Shown here: positions 30,101 to 38,572 of the stretch, piece after piece
Layout: each line of letters starts with the position of its first letter
Position numbering within the stretch: the stretch's first letter is position 1
Notes under the pieces: model-generated
What the model was told of the DNA's origin: nothing
The model's database searches: none
What the model saw: only the letters and a program-made list of their open reading frames with translations
DNA from: Tepidisphaera sp.
GTDB taxonomy: Bacteria > Planctomycetota > Phycisphaerae > Phycisphaerales > UBA1924
Reading direction: 5' to 3'
DNA length: 64,000 bases
Assembly: GCA_050916045.1 (NCBI GenBank)
Contig: CP051526.1
Span: forward strand, 1,632,001-1,696,000
Translations under genes and position numbers: made by a program

Positions 30101-31909
30101 AAGGGTGAACTCGCTCCGCCGCTGATCTCCGTCGATGCGGCCGCGATCGGCGAACCGATCAGCCCGTACATCTACGGCCAGTTCATCGAGCACATGGGCA
30201 AGTGCATCTACGGGGGCATCTGGGCCGAGATGCTCGACGACCGCAAGTTCTTTGACGCTCCCGGCACCGGCACTTCGCCGTGGAAGCCGTTCGGCGGCGC
30301 GACCGTCTCCATGCGCACGAAGGACGCGTTCGTCGGTGTGCACACGCCGGTCGTCACGCCTTCGGGCAAAGCCGGCGGCCTGGCGCAGGAGCATCTCGCG
30401 GTCCGCAAGGGCAAGTCGTACGTCGGGTCGGTCTGGGCTTTGAGCCAGGTGACCGGCGCGACAGTGCGGGTCTCGCTGGTCTGGGGCGAGGGGGATGCCA
30501 ATCGGGCGACGTTCGTGACGCCGCCCTTGGGCGCACAGTTCTCCAAGCACGAGTTCACGCTGACGGCCGCCGGTGATTCGGATGACGCCCGGCTCGAGAT
30601 CGAGTCGGCTTCGCCGGTTGCGATCGGGACGGCGAGCCTCATGCCCTCGGACCACATCCGCGGGTTCCGGGCGGACACGCTGGCGCTGCTTCGCGAGCTT
30701 GATTCCCCCGTCTATCGCTGGCCGGGGGGCAACTTCGTCTCCGGCTACGACTGGCGCGACGGTGTGGGCGACCGCGACCGTCGTCCGCCCCGCAAGAACC
30801 CCGCGTGGCTCGGCATCGAGCACAATGACGTGGGCATCCACGAGTTCATGGACCTCTGCGACCTGCTCAAGACCGAAGCGTACATCGCGGTGAACGCGGG
30901 TTTGGGCGGCGTTGAGAACGCAGCGGCGGAGCTTGAGTATGTGAACGGCGGAGCGGAGACGCCGATGGGCAAGCTCCGGACTTCGCACGGGCGTCGTGAT
31001 CCGTGGAAGGTCAATTTCTGGGGCGTGGGCAACGAGATGTACGGGTCGTGGCAGCTTGGCAACATCCCGCTCGCGGAGTACACCAAGCGGCACAACACAT
31101 TCGTCGACGCGATGCGAAAGGTCGACCCCTCGATCACGATCATCGCGGTGGGTGCGGCGGGGGAGTGGAGCAGGACGATGCTCGCGGAATGCTCCGGGCA
31201 CATGGACCACATCTCCGAGCACGTGTATTGGCAGGACGGCGGGTCGCTTTTGTCGCACGTGCAGGCCGCGCCGCGATCTCTCGCGGAGATCGCCCGGGCG
31301 CACCGCCAGTACCGTGAAGAGCTTCCGATGCTCAGGGGACGCGAGATCCGGATCGTGCAGGACGAGTGGAACTACTGGTACGGTCCGCACGTCTTCGGCG
31401 AGCTTGGGACGCGGTATTTCATGAAGGACGCTCTGGGCTGCGCGGCGGCGCTGAACGAGTTTGGCCGCAACAGCGACCTGTTCTTCATGGCGAACTACGC
31501 CCAGACGGTGAACGTGATCGGTGCGATCAAGACGAGTAGGACCAATGCCGCGTTCGACGTCACGGGTCTGGTGCTCAAGATGTACCGGCATCACCTGGGG
31601 ACGATCCCTTGCAAGACGACGTCGAGCCCGCTTATGGATGCTCTGGCGGCGTGGAGCGCGGATCGCAAGACGCTCACGATCGCCGTGGTGAACGCGACGA
31701 CGCAGGCGATGAACGTGCCGCTTGACCTCAAGGGAGCCACGCTTGCGGGAACCGGCGTCGTCCGCTCGATCGCGGGGGATCCGATGGCGTTCAACGATCC
31801 CGACGGCGAGAAGCCGGTGTCGATCCGTGAGCGGCGCGTGGAGGGGATTTCGGGTACACTGCCGGTCGAGCCGTGCAGTGTGACGCTTTTCACGCTGGAC
31901 GTCCGCTGA
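27197..31909 (+). CDS. Secreted multidomain glycosidase: GH127 + discoidin/F5-8-like + CBM4/9-like + GH51 alpha-L-arabinofuranosidase
   Basis: GH127 motifs FNDSDLYK, HELYCVGH, GHAVR, YNETCASI, CACCPPN; GH51 motifs YGQFIEH, RWPGGNF, WGVGNEMYG, DEWNYW, AQTVNVIG. Confidence 0.9.
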   Translation: MGRILTTLAALLCLLSQLSAVSSAWARQDAPALSKAGAKTGPKVVLTDEFWAPRMRLNREVTLPHVLEQCEKTGRIANFEVAAGKRQGGMTGLYFNDSDLYKTIEGAAYILAEKPDPALEARCDEIIAIIASAQEPDGYLYTPRRILDPKNMPPGGKERWSDMGAGHELYCVGHLYEAAVAYANATGKRKLMEVAIKNADLVASVFGPGRNPHPCGHPEVEIGLAKLYDATGNRKYLDLLEFFILTRGKAEGRPLYGEYAQDHLPVLEQSKAVGHAVRLAYLFSGVVDLGMRTGKPEYTKAAARVWDDIVASKMYITGGIGSQGNNEGFGEAFDLPNSSAYNETCASIAFFHWNQRMFLATREAKYIDVAERTLYNAMLAGWSLSGERFFYPNPLESAHGRSRSPWFDCACCPPNVVRFIASLPEQVYASFGREIYVNHLISSEGRFTVDGTDVVIKQDSGLPWKGDVAVTVSPNRPIRMAVHVRIPGWATGSPVPGSLYSDSMATKPAPVVTGPDGSPVAVRDGYATIDREWKPGDTVRFTLSMDVRPIKADSRVASGRSRVAMQRGPLVYCFEAVDQKEPHVLSMVTDSGAKWEPVFAPKDLGGVVKLNTSVSLVKRDESGKPAISGTMQATAVPYYAWANRARGAMCVWVASDPEAAKPLPAPTIAHNAKASSSFGGEVAAVSDQLEPASSGDHDNPFLHWWPRKGTREWVQYEFAKPTVVQGCEVYWFDDTGRGECRLPASWRVEAMVEGAWQEVKNPSGYGVKSDVYNVSTFTPVETTALRLSIQSREGWSGGVHEWRVNGGPAKPAAAAAAQPAIANGSFEQADGNAPAGWKQSVWGGKGELTHVSSGRTGSRSVAISSEAGGDLAWSVTVPVEYNSKYKLTGWIKTENVKTKNGGQGALFNIHNIQSVRTKAITGTSDWTEVSAEFETGLQDQITINCLFGGWGFATGQAWFDDVSLTLIKKGELAPPLISVDAAAIGEPISPYIYGQFIEHMGKCIYGGIWAEMLDDRKFFDAPGTGTSPWKPFGGATVSMRTKDAFVGVHTPVVTPSGKAGGLAQEHLAVRKGKSYVGSVWALSQVTGATVRVSLVWGEGDANRATFVTPPLGAQFSKHEFTLTAAGDSDDARLEIESASPVAIGTASLMPSDHIRGFRADTLALLRELDSPVYRWPGGNFVSGYDWRDGVGDRDRRPPRKNPAWLGIEHNDVGIHEFMDLCDLLKTEAYIAVNAGLGGVENAAAELEYVNGGAETPMGKLRTSHGRRDPWKVNFWGVGNEMYGSWQLGNIPLAEYTKRHNTFVDAMRKVDPSITIIAVGAAGEWSRTMLAECSGHMDHISEHVYWQDGGSLLSHVQAAPRSLAEIARAHRQYREELPMLRGREIRIVQDEWNYWYGPHVFGELGTRYFMKDALGCAAALNEFGRNSDLFFMANYAQTVNVIGAIKTSRTNAAFDVTGLVLKMYRHHLGTIPCKTTSSPLMDALAAWSADRKTLTIAVVNATTQAMNVPLDLKGATLAGTGVVRSIAGDPMAFNDPDGEKPVSIRERRVEGISGTLPVEPCSVTLFTLDVR

Positions 31910-31941
31910 GGTCTGATTTGCAGTCTTGTGGAGAATCCCCG

Positions 31942-32946
31942 ATGAAGTTCACATCGCGCCGCACGTTCGTCTGCCTTGCCGCTTCGCTCCTCATGTTCGT
32001 GGGAGCATGCGAGAAGAAAGCCGCCGACCAGCCCAAGGCAGGGGGGAGCGGTGCCGGCGCGGCACCCGCGAAGAAGGTCCGTGTGGGATTCTCCCAGATC
32101 GGGGCTGAAAGCGACTGGCGCAAAGCCAACACCGAGTCGATCAAAGCCGAAGCCGCGGCGCGGGGGTACGAGCTTGTCTTCTCCGACGCTCAGCAGAAGC
32201 AGGAGAACCAGATCAAGGCTTTGCGGAGCTTTGTCGCTCAGGGGGTCGACGTGATCGCGTTCTCGCCCGTCGTCGAGACGGGCTGGGAGCCGGTGCTGAA
32301 GGAGATCAAGCAAGCCGGGATCCCGGTCGTCCTGACGGATCGCGCGGTTGAGGTCTCGACGCCCGACCTGTTCGTGACGTTCATCGGCGCGGACTTTGTG
32401 GAGGAGGGGAGGCGGGCCGCGGCGTGGCTTGGCAAAGCGACCGACGGGAAAGCCGTCGTCGTCGAGCTTCAGGGCACGCCCGGGTCGGCGCCCGCGATCG
32501 ACCGCAAGAAGGGGTTTGAAGAGGGGATCAAAGCGTTCTCCGACATCAAGATCATCAAGAGCCAGTCGGGCGAGTTCACGCGGGCCAAGGGGCGCGAAGT
32601 GATGGAGTCTTTCCTCAAGAGCCCCGAGGGCAAGCAGATCACCGCTCTGTACGCCCACAACGACGACATGGCGCTGGGCGCGATCCAGGCGATCGAGGAA
32701 GCCGGCCTCAAGCCCGGCGTCGACATCAAGATCGTCTCGATCGACGCCGTGAAAGCCGCGTTCGAAGCGATGGTGGCCGGCAAGCTCAACTGCACCGTCG
32801 AGTGCAGCCCGCTGCTTGGACCCAAGCTCTTTGACGCGGTGGACGCGATCAAAGCCGGAAAGCCGATCGAGCGGCGCATCGTGACCGACGCGGCCGTCTT
32901 CGACCAGACCACCGCCGCGGGCGCGATTGGTTCGCGGAAGTACTAA
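31942..32946 (+). CDS. ytfQ: Sugar (furanose) ABC transporter substrate-binding lipoprotein, YtfQ-like
   Basis: VGFSQIGAESDWRKANT, DAQQKQENQIKA, AHNDDMALGAIQAIEEAG, VECSPLLGP. Confidence 0.9.
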   Translation: MKFTSRRTFVCLAASLLMFVGACEKKAADQPKAGGSGAGAAPAKKVRVGFSQIGAESDWRKANTESIKAEAAARGYELVFSDAQQKQENQIKALRSFVAQGVDVIAFSPVVETGWEPVLKEIKQAGIPVVLTDRAVEVSTPDLFVTFIGADFVEEGRRAAAWLGKATDGKAVVVELQGTPGSAPAIDRKKGFEEGIKAFSDIKIIKSQSGEFTRAKGREVMESFLKSPEGKQITALYAHNDDMALGAIQAIEEAGLKPGVDIKIVSIDAVKAAFEAMVAGKLNCTVECSPLLGPKLFDAVDAIKAGKPIERRIVTDAAVFDQTTAAGAIGSRKY

Positions 32947-32947
32947 G

Positions 32948-34492
32948 GTGGCCGGCATCGACGAACGCAACGCGACCGGCGAGGATCGGCCGCTTCTCCA
33001 AGCGAACGGCCTCGTGGTTCGCTTCGGTCCTGTACGGGCGCTCGAGGGCGTCAGCCTGACCGTGCGGGCGGGCGAGGTCCAGGCTTTGCTTGGCGAGAAC
33101 GGAGCGGGAAAGAGCACGCTGATCAAGTGTCTGAGCGGCGTGGTACGACCGACCGCAGGTCAGATCGTCCTGGAAGGCAAGCCGATCGAGCCCGAGTCAC
33201 CGCACGATGCCGAGCGTCTCGGGATCGCCACGGTGTTTCAGGAAGTGGGGCTGATCCCGCACCTGTCCGTCGCCGAGAACATCTGCCTGGGCCGCGAGCC
33301 GGGGCGTCGGTTCTTTCGTGGGCTGATCGATTGGAAAGCCGTGCGGTCGCGGGCGAGACTCGCGATGGAGCGGCTGGGGCTGGGCGGCCTTGATGTGGAT
33401 CGCGAGCTTGGCACCTGCTCTGTCGCGGTGCAGCAGATGGTGGCGATCGCGCGGGCTCTGGATGTTCGTGCGCGGGTGCTGATTCTGGATGAGCCGACGT
33501 CGAGCCTGGACCGCGATGAATGTGGCAGGCTGCTCGGCGTGATCCGGCAGCTTCGGTCGCAGGGGCTGGGCATCGTCTTCATCTCGCACTTTCTGGATCA
33601 GGTGGAGGCGATCGCGGATCGGGTGACGATTCTTCGCGACGGGACGCTCGTGGGGTCGTTCGATGCCGGGGCGCTGACGCGGCCCAAGCTGATCTCACTG
33701 ATGGTCGGCCGCGAATTTGAACCGGCGACGAGTCGCGGGCACGGTGCCGGAGCGATGACGGAAGCCGGCTCTCTCCTCAGCCTCCGCGGGATTGGCCGAG
33801 CGGGGATGGTCGAGAGCGTTGACGTTGACGTTGCGACGGGCGGGGTCGTCGGTCTGGCCGGTCTTCTCGGATCCGGTCGGAGCGAGACGGCACGACTGGT
33901 GTTCGGTGCGGACACCGCGACGCGCGGCACGATGAGCTTTCGCGGGAAGGCTTCGCGGTTCACCACGCCGCGGCAAGCGATCGCGAGCGGGATCGGGATG
34001 CTCCCGGAGAACCGGAAGGAGCAGGGGATCTTCCCGTCGCTTTCTGTGGTTGAGAATCTGGTCGTGTCGCTCCGGGCGCGTGACGGGGCGTTCGCGAAGC
34101 TTTCGTTCCGGGCGCAGGTCGCGCTGGCGGAGCAGTTCGTGCGGCTGCTCGGCATCAAGACGCCGGACGTTCACGCACGGATCAGCGGGCTTTCGGGTGG
34201 GAATCAGCAGAAGGTGCTTCTCGCGCGGTGGTTTGCGACACGGCCGGTGCTTCTGATTCTCGACGAACCGACGCGCGGGATCGACATCGCGGCCAAAGCG
34301 GATGTCTTGCGTGCGGTGGACCGGCTTCGCGAAGACGGAACAGCGGTGCTTTTCATCAGTTCGGAGCTTGAGGAGGTGACGCGGATCTGCGGGCGCGTGG
34401 TGGTGCTCCGTGATCGGCGGAGCGTCGCGCATCTGGAAGGGAGCGAGATCACCGAGCAGGCCGTGCTTGCCGCGGTGGCGCAGACGACATGA
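32948..34492 (+). CDS. ytfR: Sugar ABC transporter ATP-binding protein (duplicated ATPase), YtfR-like
   Basis: GENGAGKST, ILDEPTSSL, LSGGNQQKV, ILDEPTRGID. Confidence 0.92.
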   Translation: MAGIDERNATGEDRPLLQANGLVVRFGPVRALEGVSLTVRAGEVQALLGENGAGKSTLIKCLSGVVRPTAGQIVLEGKPIEPESPHDAERLGIATVFQEVGLIPHLSVAENICLGREPGRRFFRGLIDWKAVRSRARLAMERLGLGGLDVDRELGTCSVAVQQMVAIARALDVRARVLILDEPTSSLDRDECGRLLGVIRQLRSQGLGIVFISHFLDQVEAIADRVTILRDGTLVGSFDAGALTRPKLISLMVGREFEPATSRGHGAGAMTEAGSLLSLRGIGRAGMVESVDVDVATGGVVGLAGLLGSGRSETARLVFGADTATRGTMSFRGKASRFTTPRQAIASGIGMLPENRKEQGIFPSLSVVENLVVSLRARDGAFAKLSFRAQVALAEQFVRLLGIKTPDVHARISGLSGGNQQKVLLARWFATRPVLLILDEPTRGIDIAAKADVLRAVDRLREDGTAVLFISSELEEVTRICGRVVVLRDRRSVAHLEGSEITEQAVLAAVAQTT

Positions 34493-35505
34493 ACCTTTCA
34501 ACTCACCCATGGCGTCGCGGGCTGAGGTCGCTGGCGTGGCCGCTGGCGGCGCTCGCGCTGCTTCTGGCGTTCAACGCGGCGTTCATGCCCGGTTTCTTCG
34601 CGGTGGAAGCTCGCGACGGGCGGTTGTATGGCGTGGTGGTGGACATTCTGAACCACGGGTCGCGTACGGCGCTGGTGGCTTTGGGCATGACGCTGGTCAT
34701 CGCGACGGGCGGCGTGGATCTCTCGGTCGGGGCGGTCGCGGCGATCGCGGGAGCGGTGACGGCGACGCTTCTGGTGCAGGCGCAGGTTCCGTGGCCGGCG
34801 GCGATGGCGGGCGCGATGATGCTCGGAGCCTGCTGCGGAGTGTGGAACGGTGTGTGCGTGTCGGTGTTCAAGCTTCAGCCGATCGTGGCGACGCTGGTGC
34901 TGATGGTGGCGGGTCGCGGGGTGGCGCAGCTCATCACGGGGGGATCGATCATCACGTTTGAGAGTGCGCCGCTGGCGGCCATCGGGAACGGCTCGTTCCT
35001 GGGGCTTCCGATCCCGGTCACGATGCTCGCGGTTGCTGCGATCGGGCTTCAGATTCTTGTGCGGCGGAGTGCTCTGGGGCTGTACATCGAGTGCGTGGGG
35101 GACAATCCGGTCGCGGCGAGGCTCGCGGGGATTCCGGATCGGGCGGTGATGATCTTTGTGTACGGGCTCTGCGGCCTGCTCGCGGCGGCGGCGGGCGTCA
35201 TCGAATGTTCGTACATCAAAGCCGCCGACGCGAACAACGCGGGGTCTCTTCTCGAACTTGACGCCATTCTCGCGGTTGTGATCGGCGGGACGGCCCTGAG
35301 CGGGGGCCGGTTCTCGTTCGCGGGGACGATTGTGGGCGCGATGCTGATGCAGACGCTGACCAAGACGCTTTACATGCACGATGTGTCGGCGGAGATCGCG
35401 CCGGCGCCGAAGGCTCTGGTCGTGCTCATGGTCTGCTTGCTTCAGGCACCGCGCGTGCGGGATTGGCTGTCCGGGTGGTGGGGGCGTCGCGGGGGTGGCG
35501 CATGA
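34489..35505 (+). CDS. ytfT: Sugar ABC transporter permease, YtfT-like
   Basis: GMTLVIATGGVDLSVG, ADANNAGSLLELDAILAVVIGGT. Confidence 0.9.
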   Translation: MNLSTHPWRRGLRSLAWPLAALALLLAFNAAFMPGFFAVEARDGRLYGVVVDILNHGSRTALVALGMTLVIATGGVDLSVGAVAAIAGAVTATLLVQAQVPWPAAMAGAMMLGACCGVWNGVCVSVFKLQPIVATLVLMVAGRGVAQLITGGSIITFESAPLAAIGNGSFLGLPIPVTMLAVAAIGLQILVRRSALGLYIECVGDNPVAARLAGIPDRAVMIFVYGLCGLLAAAAGVIECSYIKAADANNAGSLLELDAILAVVIGGTALSGGRFSFAGTIVGAMLMQTLTKTLYMHDVSAEIAPAPKALVVLMVCLLQAPRVRDWLSGWWGRRGGGA

Positions 35506-36497
35506 AGCTGCACAAGTGGGTCTCGCTGACGCCGGTGCTCGCGACGTGCGTGCTTCTCGTCGGGCTTTTCGCGTTCGGAGCGGTGAGCTACCCGAACTTT
35601 GCCTCAGTCGGGGTGGTGCGGAACCTGCTCGTGGACAACGCGTTCCTCGTGGTGGCGGCGATCGGCATGACGTTCGTCATTATCTCGGGGGGGATCGACC
35701 TTTCCGTCGGAGCGGTGATGGCGTTCTCGGCGACGCTGGCCGCGGCGCTGATCGAGGCGCACGGGCTTCATCCGCTGGCGGCGGCGGGGGTGGTGATCGC
35801 GGTGGGACTCGCGTTCGGGCTGGTTCAGGGCGTGCTGATCGCGATGCTTGAAGTGCCGCCGTTCATGGTGACGCTCGCGGGCATGTTCCTGGCTCGCGGA
35901 GCGGCGTTCGCCGTGCATCCGCAGTCGCGCGGCGTGACGCACCCGTTCGTCGGGACGACGCTGAACGAGACGCTCGCGATTCATCTTCCCATCGGTGCCC
36001 GCGGCGTCGTGATCCCGCCGACGGTGGTCGTGATGTTCGTGCTGCTTGCCCTGGCGTGGGTGCTTCTGCGACACGCGAGGTTCGGGCGATCGGTGTACGC
36101 GGTGGGTGATGACGCGGCGGCGGCGCGGCTGATGGGGCTTGCGGTGCGGAGAGTCAAGGTCGGGGCGTACGCGCTCTGCGGGTGCACGTCGGCGGTCGCG
36201 GGGCTTCTGTTCGCGTTGTACCAGCAGTCGGGTGATCCGGCCTCGTGCAAGGGGATGGAGCTCGACGTAATCGCGGCGGTGATCATCGGGGGCACGCTTC
36301 TGAAGGGCGGAGCGGGTTCGGTGATCGGGTCGTTCGCGGGCGTGATGATCCTTGGGCTGATCCAGACGATCATCAGCTTTCAGGGCGATCTGAGCTCCTG
36401 GTGGACGCGGATCGTGGCGGGCGGGCTGGTGCTGGCGTTCTTGCTGCTTCACCAAGGGATCGGGGTGGTGGCCAGGCGTGTGGCGCGGTCAGGTTGA
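35502..36497 (+). CDS. yjfF: Sugar ABC transporter permease, YjfF-like
   Basis: LLVDNAFL, GMTFVIISGGIDLSVG, ELDVIAAVIIGGTLL, SSWWTRI. Confidence 0.9.
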   Translation: MKLHKWVSLTPVLATCVLLVGLFAFGAVSYPNFASVGVVRNLLVDNAFLVVAAIGMTFVIISGGIDLSVGAVMAFSATLAAALIEAHGLHPLAAAGVVIAVGLAFGLVQGVLIAMLEVPPFMVTLAGMFLARGAAFAVHPQSRGVTHPFVGTTLNETLAIHLPIGARGVVIPPTVVVMFVLLALAWVLLRHARFGRSVYAVGDDAAAARLMGLAVRRVKVGAYALCGCTSAVAGLLFALYQQSGDPASCKGMELDVIAAVIIGGTLLKGGAGSVIGSFAGVMILGLIQTIISFQGDLSSWWTRIVAGGLVLAFLLLHQGIGVVARRVARSG

Positions 36498-36519
36498 CCG
36501 CAGAGCTGACCGCGGGAGC

Positions 36520-36579
36520 GGCCGACCCGCCAGCGGAACCGCCAAGAGACCCGCCAGCGGACCTGCCGGCGGAACCGTC
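36520..36579. repeat. Five degenerate 12-bp tandem repeats (consensus about RGCGGACCCGCC)
   Basis: ggccgacccgcc agcggaaccgcc aagagacccgcc agcggacctgcc ggcggaaccgtc. Confidence 0.7.
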
Positions 36580-36586
36580 TCGTTCC

Positions 36587-36621
36587 AAAAACGCAAAAGG
36601 GACCCGCCAAGCGAGCCCTTT
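36587..36621 (-). terminator. Intrinsic terminator downstream of tRNA-Lys
   Basis: Minus strand AAAGGGCTCGC-TTG-GCGGGTCCCTTT followed by TGCGTTTTT. Confidence 0.65.
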
Positions 36622-36645
36622 CATCGGTCTCTGCAACGATTGAAG

Positions 36646-36718
<73 letters not shown>

Positions 36719-36785
36719 GGACGCTCGGACGCCTCAAGCGGGCCTGGCCGGGTGGCGAGGGACGCTTTGGGCGGCTGAGGAGGCA

Positions 36786-36813
36786 ATACTAGGCGGGAAT
36801 TACCGGGCTTCAA
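36786..36813 (-). promoter_or_regulatory. Probable tRNA-Lys promoter TTGAAG-N16-TAGTAT
   Basis: sigma70-like boxes upstream of the tRNA. Confidence 0.5.
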
Positions 36814-36962
36814 CTGGGGCGGCCGCATTCCGCGATGCGCGCGGCATTCCGGCCCGGCGGCGGCGCCCCGAGCCGACCGGCGGACCGGCCGACGGGAGGT
36901 GGGAGGTGCCGGCGGATGGGACGATGTTCCCGGGGATCGGCAAGAGGGGTGGGGGACGGCCG

Positions 36963-36990
36963 TTGACCCGCGTCGGGAGGCCGCTAGAAT
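36963..36990 (+). promoter_or_regulatory. rpmF promoter TTGACC-N16-TAGAAT
   Basis: Near-consensus sigma70 boxes about 90 nt upstream of rpmF. Confidence 0.65.
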
Positions 36991-37079
36991 CCCCGCTCAC
37001 AGGTCCCAAACGGCTCGGGCCGTAGGGTCGGTGTTGAGGAACCCGACGAGGATGGTCTCAGGGTTCCAAGGAAGGTCCG

Positions 37080-37280
37080 ATGCTCCCCCCACAACGAGTC
37101 AGCTATGGCCGTACGCGTCGCCGCCGCACCCATCACGCCATGACCGGCGCGATCCCGACGGTCTGCCCGCTCTCCGGCATGCCCAAGCAGCACCACCGTG
37201 CGTGCGTCGAGTCCGGCTACGTCCGTCCGGGCCTGCGCATCAAGGTGCCCAAGCTCGGCATCGGCGTCTCCAAGAACTAA
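37080..37280 (+). CDS. rpmF: 50S ribosomal protein L32
   Basis: PQRVSYGRTRRRRTH...CPLSGMPKQHHRACVESGY; located upstream of fabH. Confidence 0.88.
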   Translation: MLPPQRVSYGRTRRRRTHHAMTGAIPTVCPLSGMPKQHHRACVESGYVRPGLRIKVPKLGIGVSKN

Positions 37281-37465
37281 CCACTGAATTCGATCCGCAT
37301 CCGCCGCTGCGCCGACATGGCGCGCTCGGAAGCGTTTCACGAGCGTGACCGCCGGGGCCCTGGGCCTCGGCGGTCTTCGTTTGGTGGGACATCGCGACAA
37401 CAATCGGCTATGGTTTCGTGAAGTTGGCCGCATCCAGATTCCTCCGATCGCTTTTTGGAGTTCGC

Positions 37466-38503
37466 GTGAGTACACCGATCCCTTCGAATGGCAGATCCGC
37501 GTCCGGTCCTCGAGGCGTCCGCATTCTCGGTACGGGCTCGTCGTTTCCCAAGCGGGTCGTCACCAACCACGATCTCGAGAAGATCATGGACACCTCCGAC
37601 GAGTGGATCGTCCAGCGTTCGGGCATCCACGAACGCCGGCACCACGACGTCGCTACCGGCGAAACCACGAGCAAACTCGCGTCCGAAGCCGTTCAGGCGG
37701 CCCTTGCGGCTTCCGCCATGTCCGCGACCGATCTTGACCTCATCCTCGTCGGAACGATGACCCCGGAGTGCCCGACGCCCTCGGTAGCTTGCAACGTGGC
37801 CCACCGGATCGGAGCGGGCCAGATCGGCGCTATGGACCTCAACGCGGCGTGCTCGGGGTTCGTCTTTTCCCTCAATCTGGCCCACGACCTCATCCGCGGC
37901 GGTTCGTACCGCACGGTTGCGGTGGTCGGAGCTGACTGCATCACCCGGCACTGCGACATGACCACCTACGGCCGCGCCGTGAGTGTGCTTTTCGGCGACG
38001 CCGCGGGCGCGGTCATCGTGCAAGCGACCGATGACGCGTCCAAGGGCATCCTCGCCCAGGCGATGCACTCCGACGGCGGCGGAGCCCGGCACCTCTTCAT
38101 CCCCTCGCACATGTCGGACTTCCCCGAAGGCATCACCGGCGAGGAACGCCAACTCAACTGCATCCAGATGAACGGTCAGGCCGTCTTCAAGTTCGCCGTG
38201 ACGACCTTTCCCAAGCTCATCGAGCAGACGCTCGACATGGCGAACGTCCGGGCCGATGAGGTCGACCACTACGTCTGCCACCAGTCCAACCTGCGGATCC
38301 TCGACGCGGCCCGCGAGCGATTCGGCTTGGGGTCGGAAAAGCTCCACGTCAACATCAGCAAGTACGGCAACACCGTCGGCGCGTCCGTGCCGCTGGTGCT
38401 TGACGACCTCGCGAAGGCCGGCCGCCTCAAGCCAGGCCAGAAGGTCATGTTCCTCGCGTTCGGCGCCGGCCTGACGTGGGGCAGCAGCCTGTGGCAGTGT
38501 TGA
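37466..38503 (+). CDS. fabH: 3-oxoacyl-ACP synthase III
   Basis: MDTSDEWIVQRSGI, AACSGF (Cys), CHQSN (His), YGNT (Asn), AFGAGLTWG; GTG start after GGAG. Confidence 0.95.
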   Translation: MSTPIPSNGRSASGPRGVRILGTGSSFPKRVVTNHDLEKIMDTSDEWIVQRSGIHERRHHDVATGETTSKLASEAVQAALAASAMSATDLDLILVGTMTPECPTPSVACNVAHRIGAGQIGAMDLNAACSGFVFSLNLAHDLIRGGSYRTVAVVGADCITRHCDMTTYGRAVSVLFGDAAGAVIVQATDDASKGILAQAMHSDGGGARHLFIPSHMSDFPEGITGEERQLNCIQMNGQAVFKFAVTTFPKLIEQTLDMANVRADEVDHYVCHQSNLRILDAARERFGLGSEKLHVNISKYGNTVGASVPLVLDDLAKAGRLKPGQKVMFLAFGAGLTWGSSLWQC

Positions 38504-38572
38504 CGGGCAGGTAGGCCCGCTGGCGATTCCTTCAGGCTGCGCGGGCGGCTAAGCCGCCGGTTACCATCGCCC

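Noticed and set aside
36495..36580. CRISPR array
   Set aside because: Repeats are 12 bp, degenerate and have no spacers; no cas genes or CRISPR-like arrays were seen in the window
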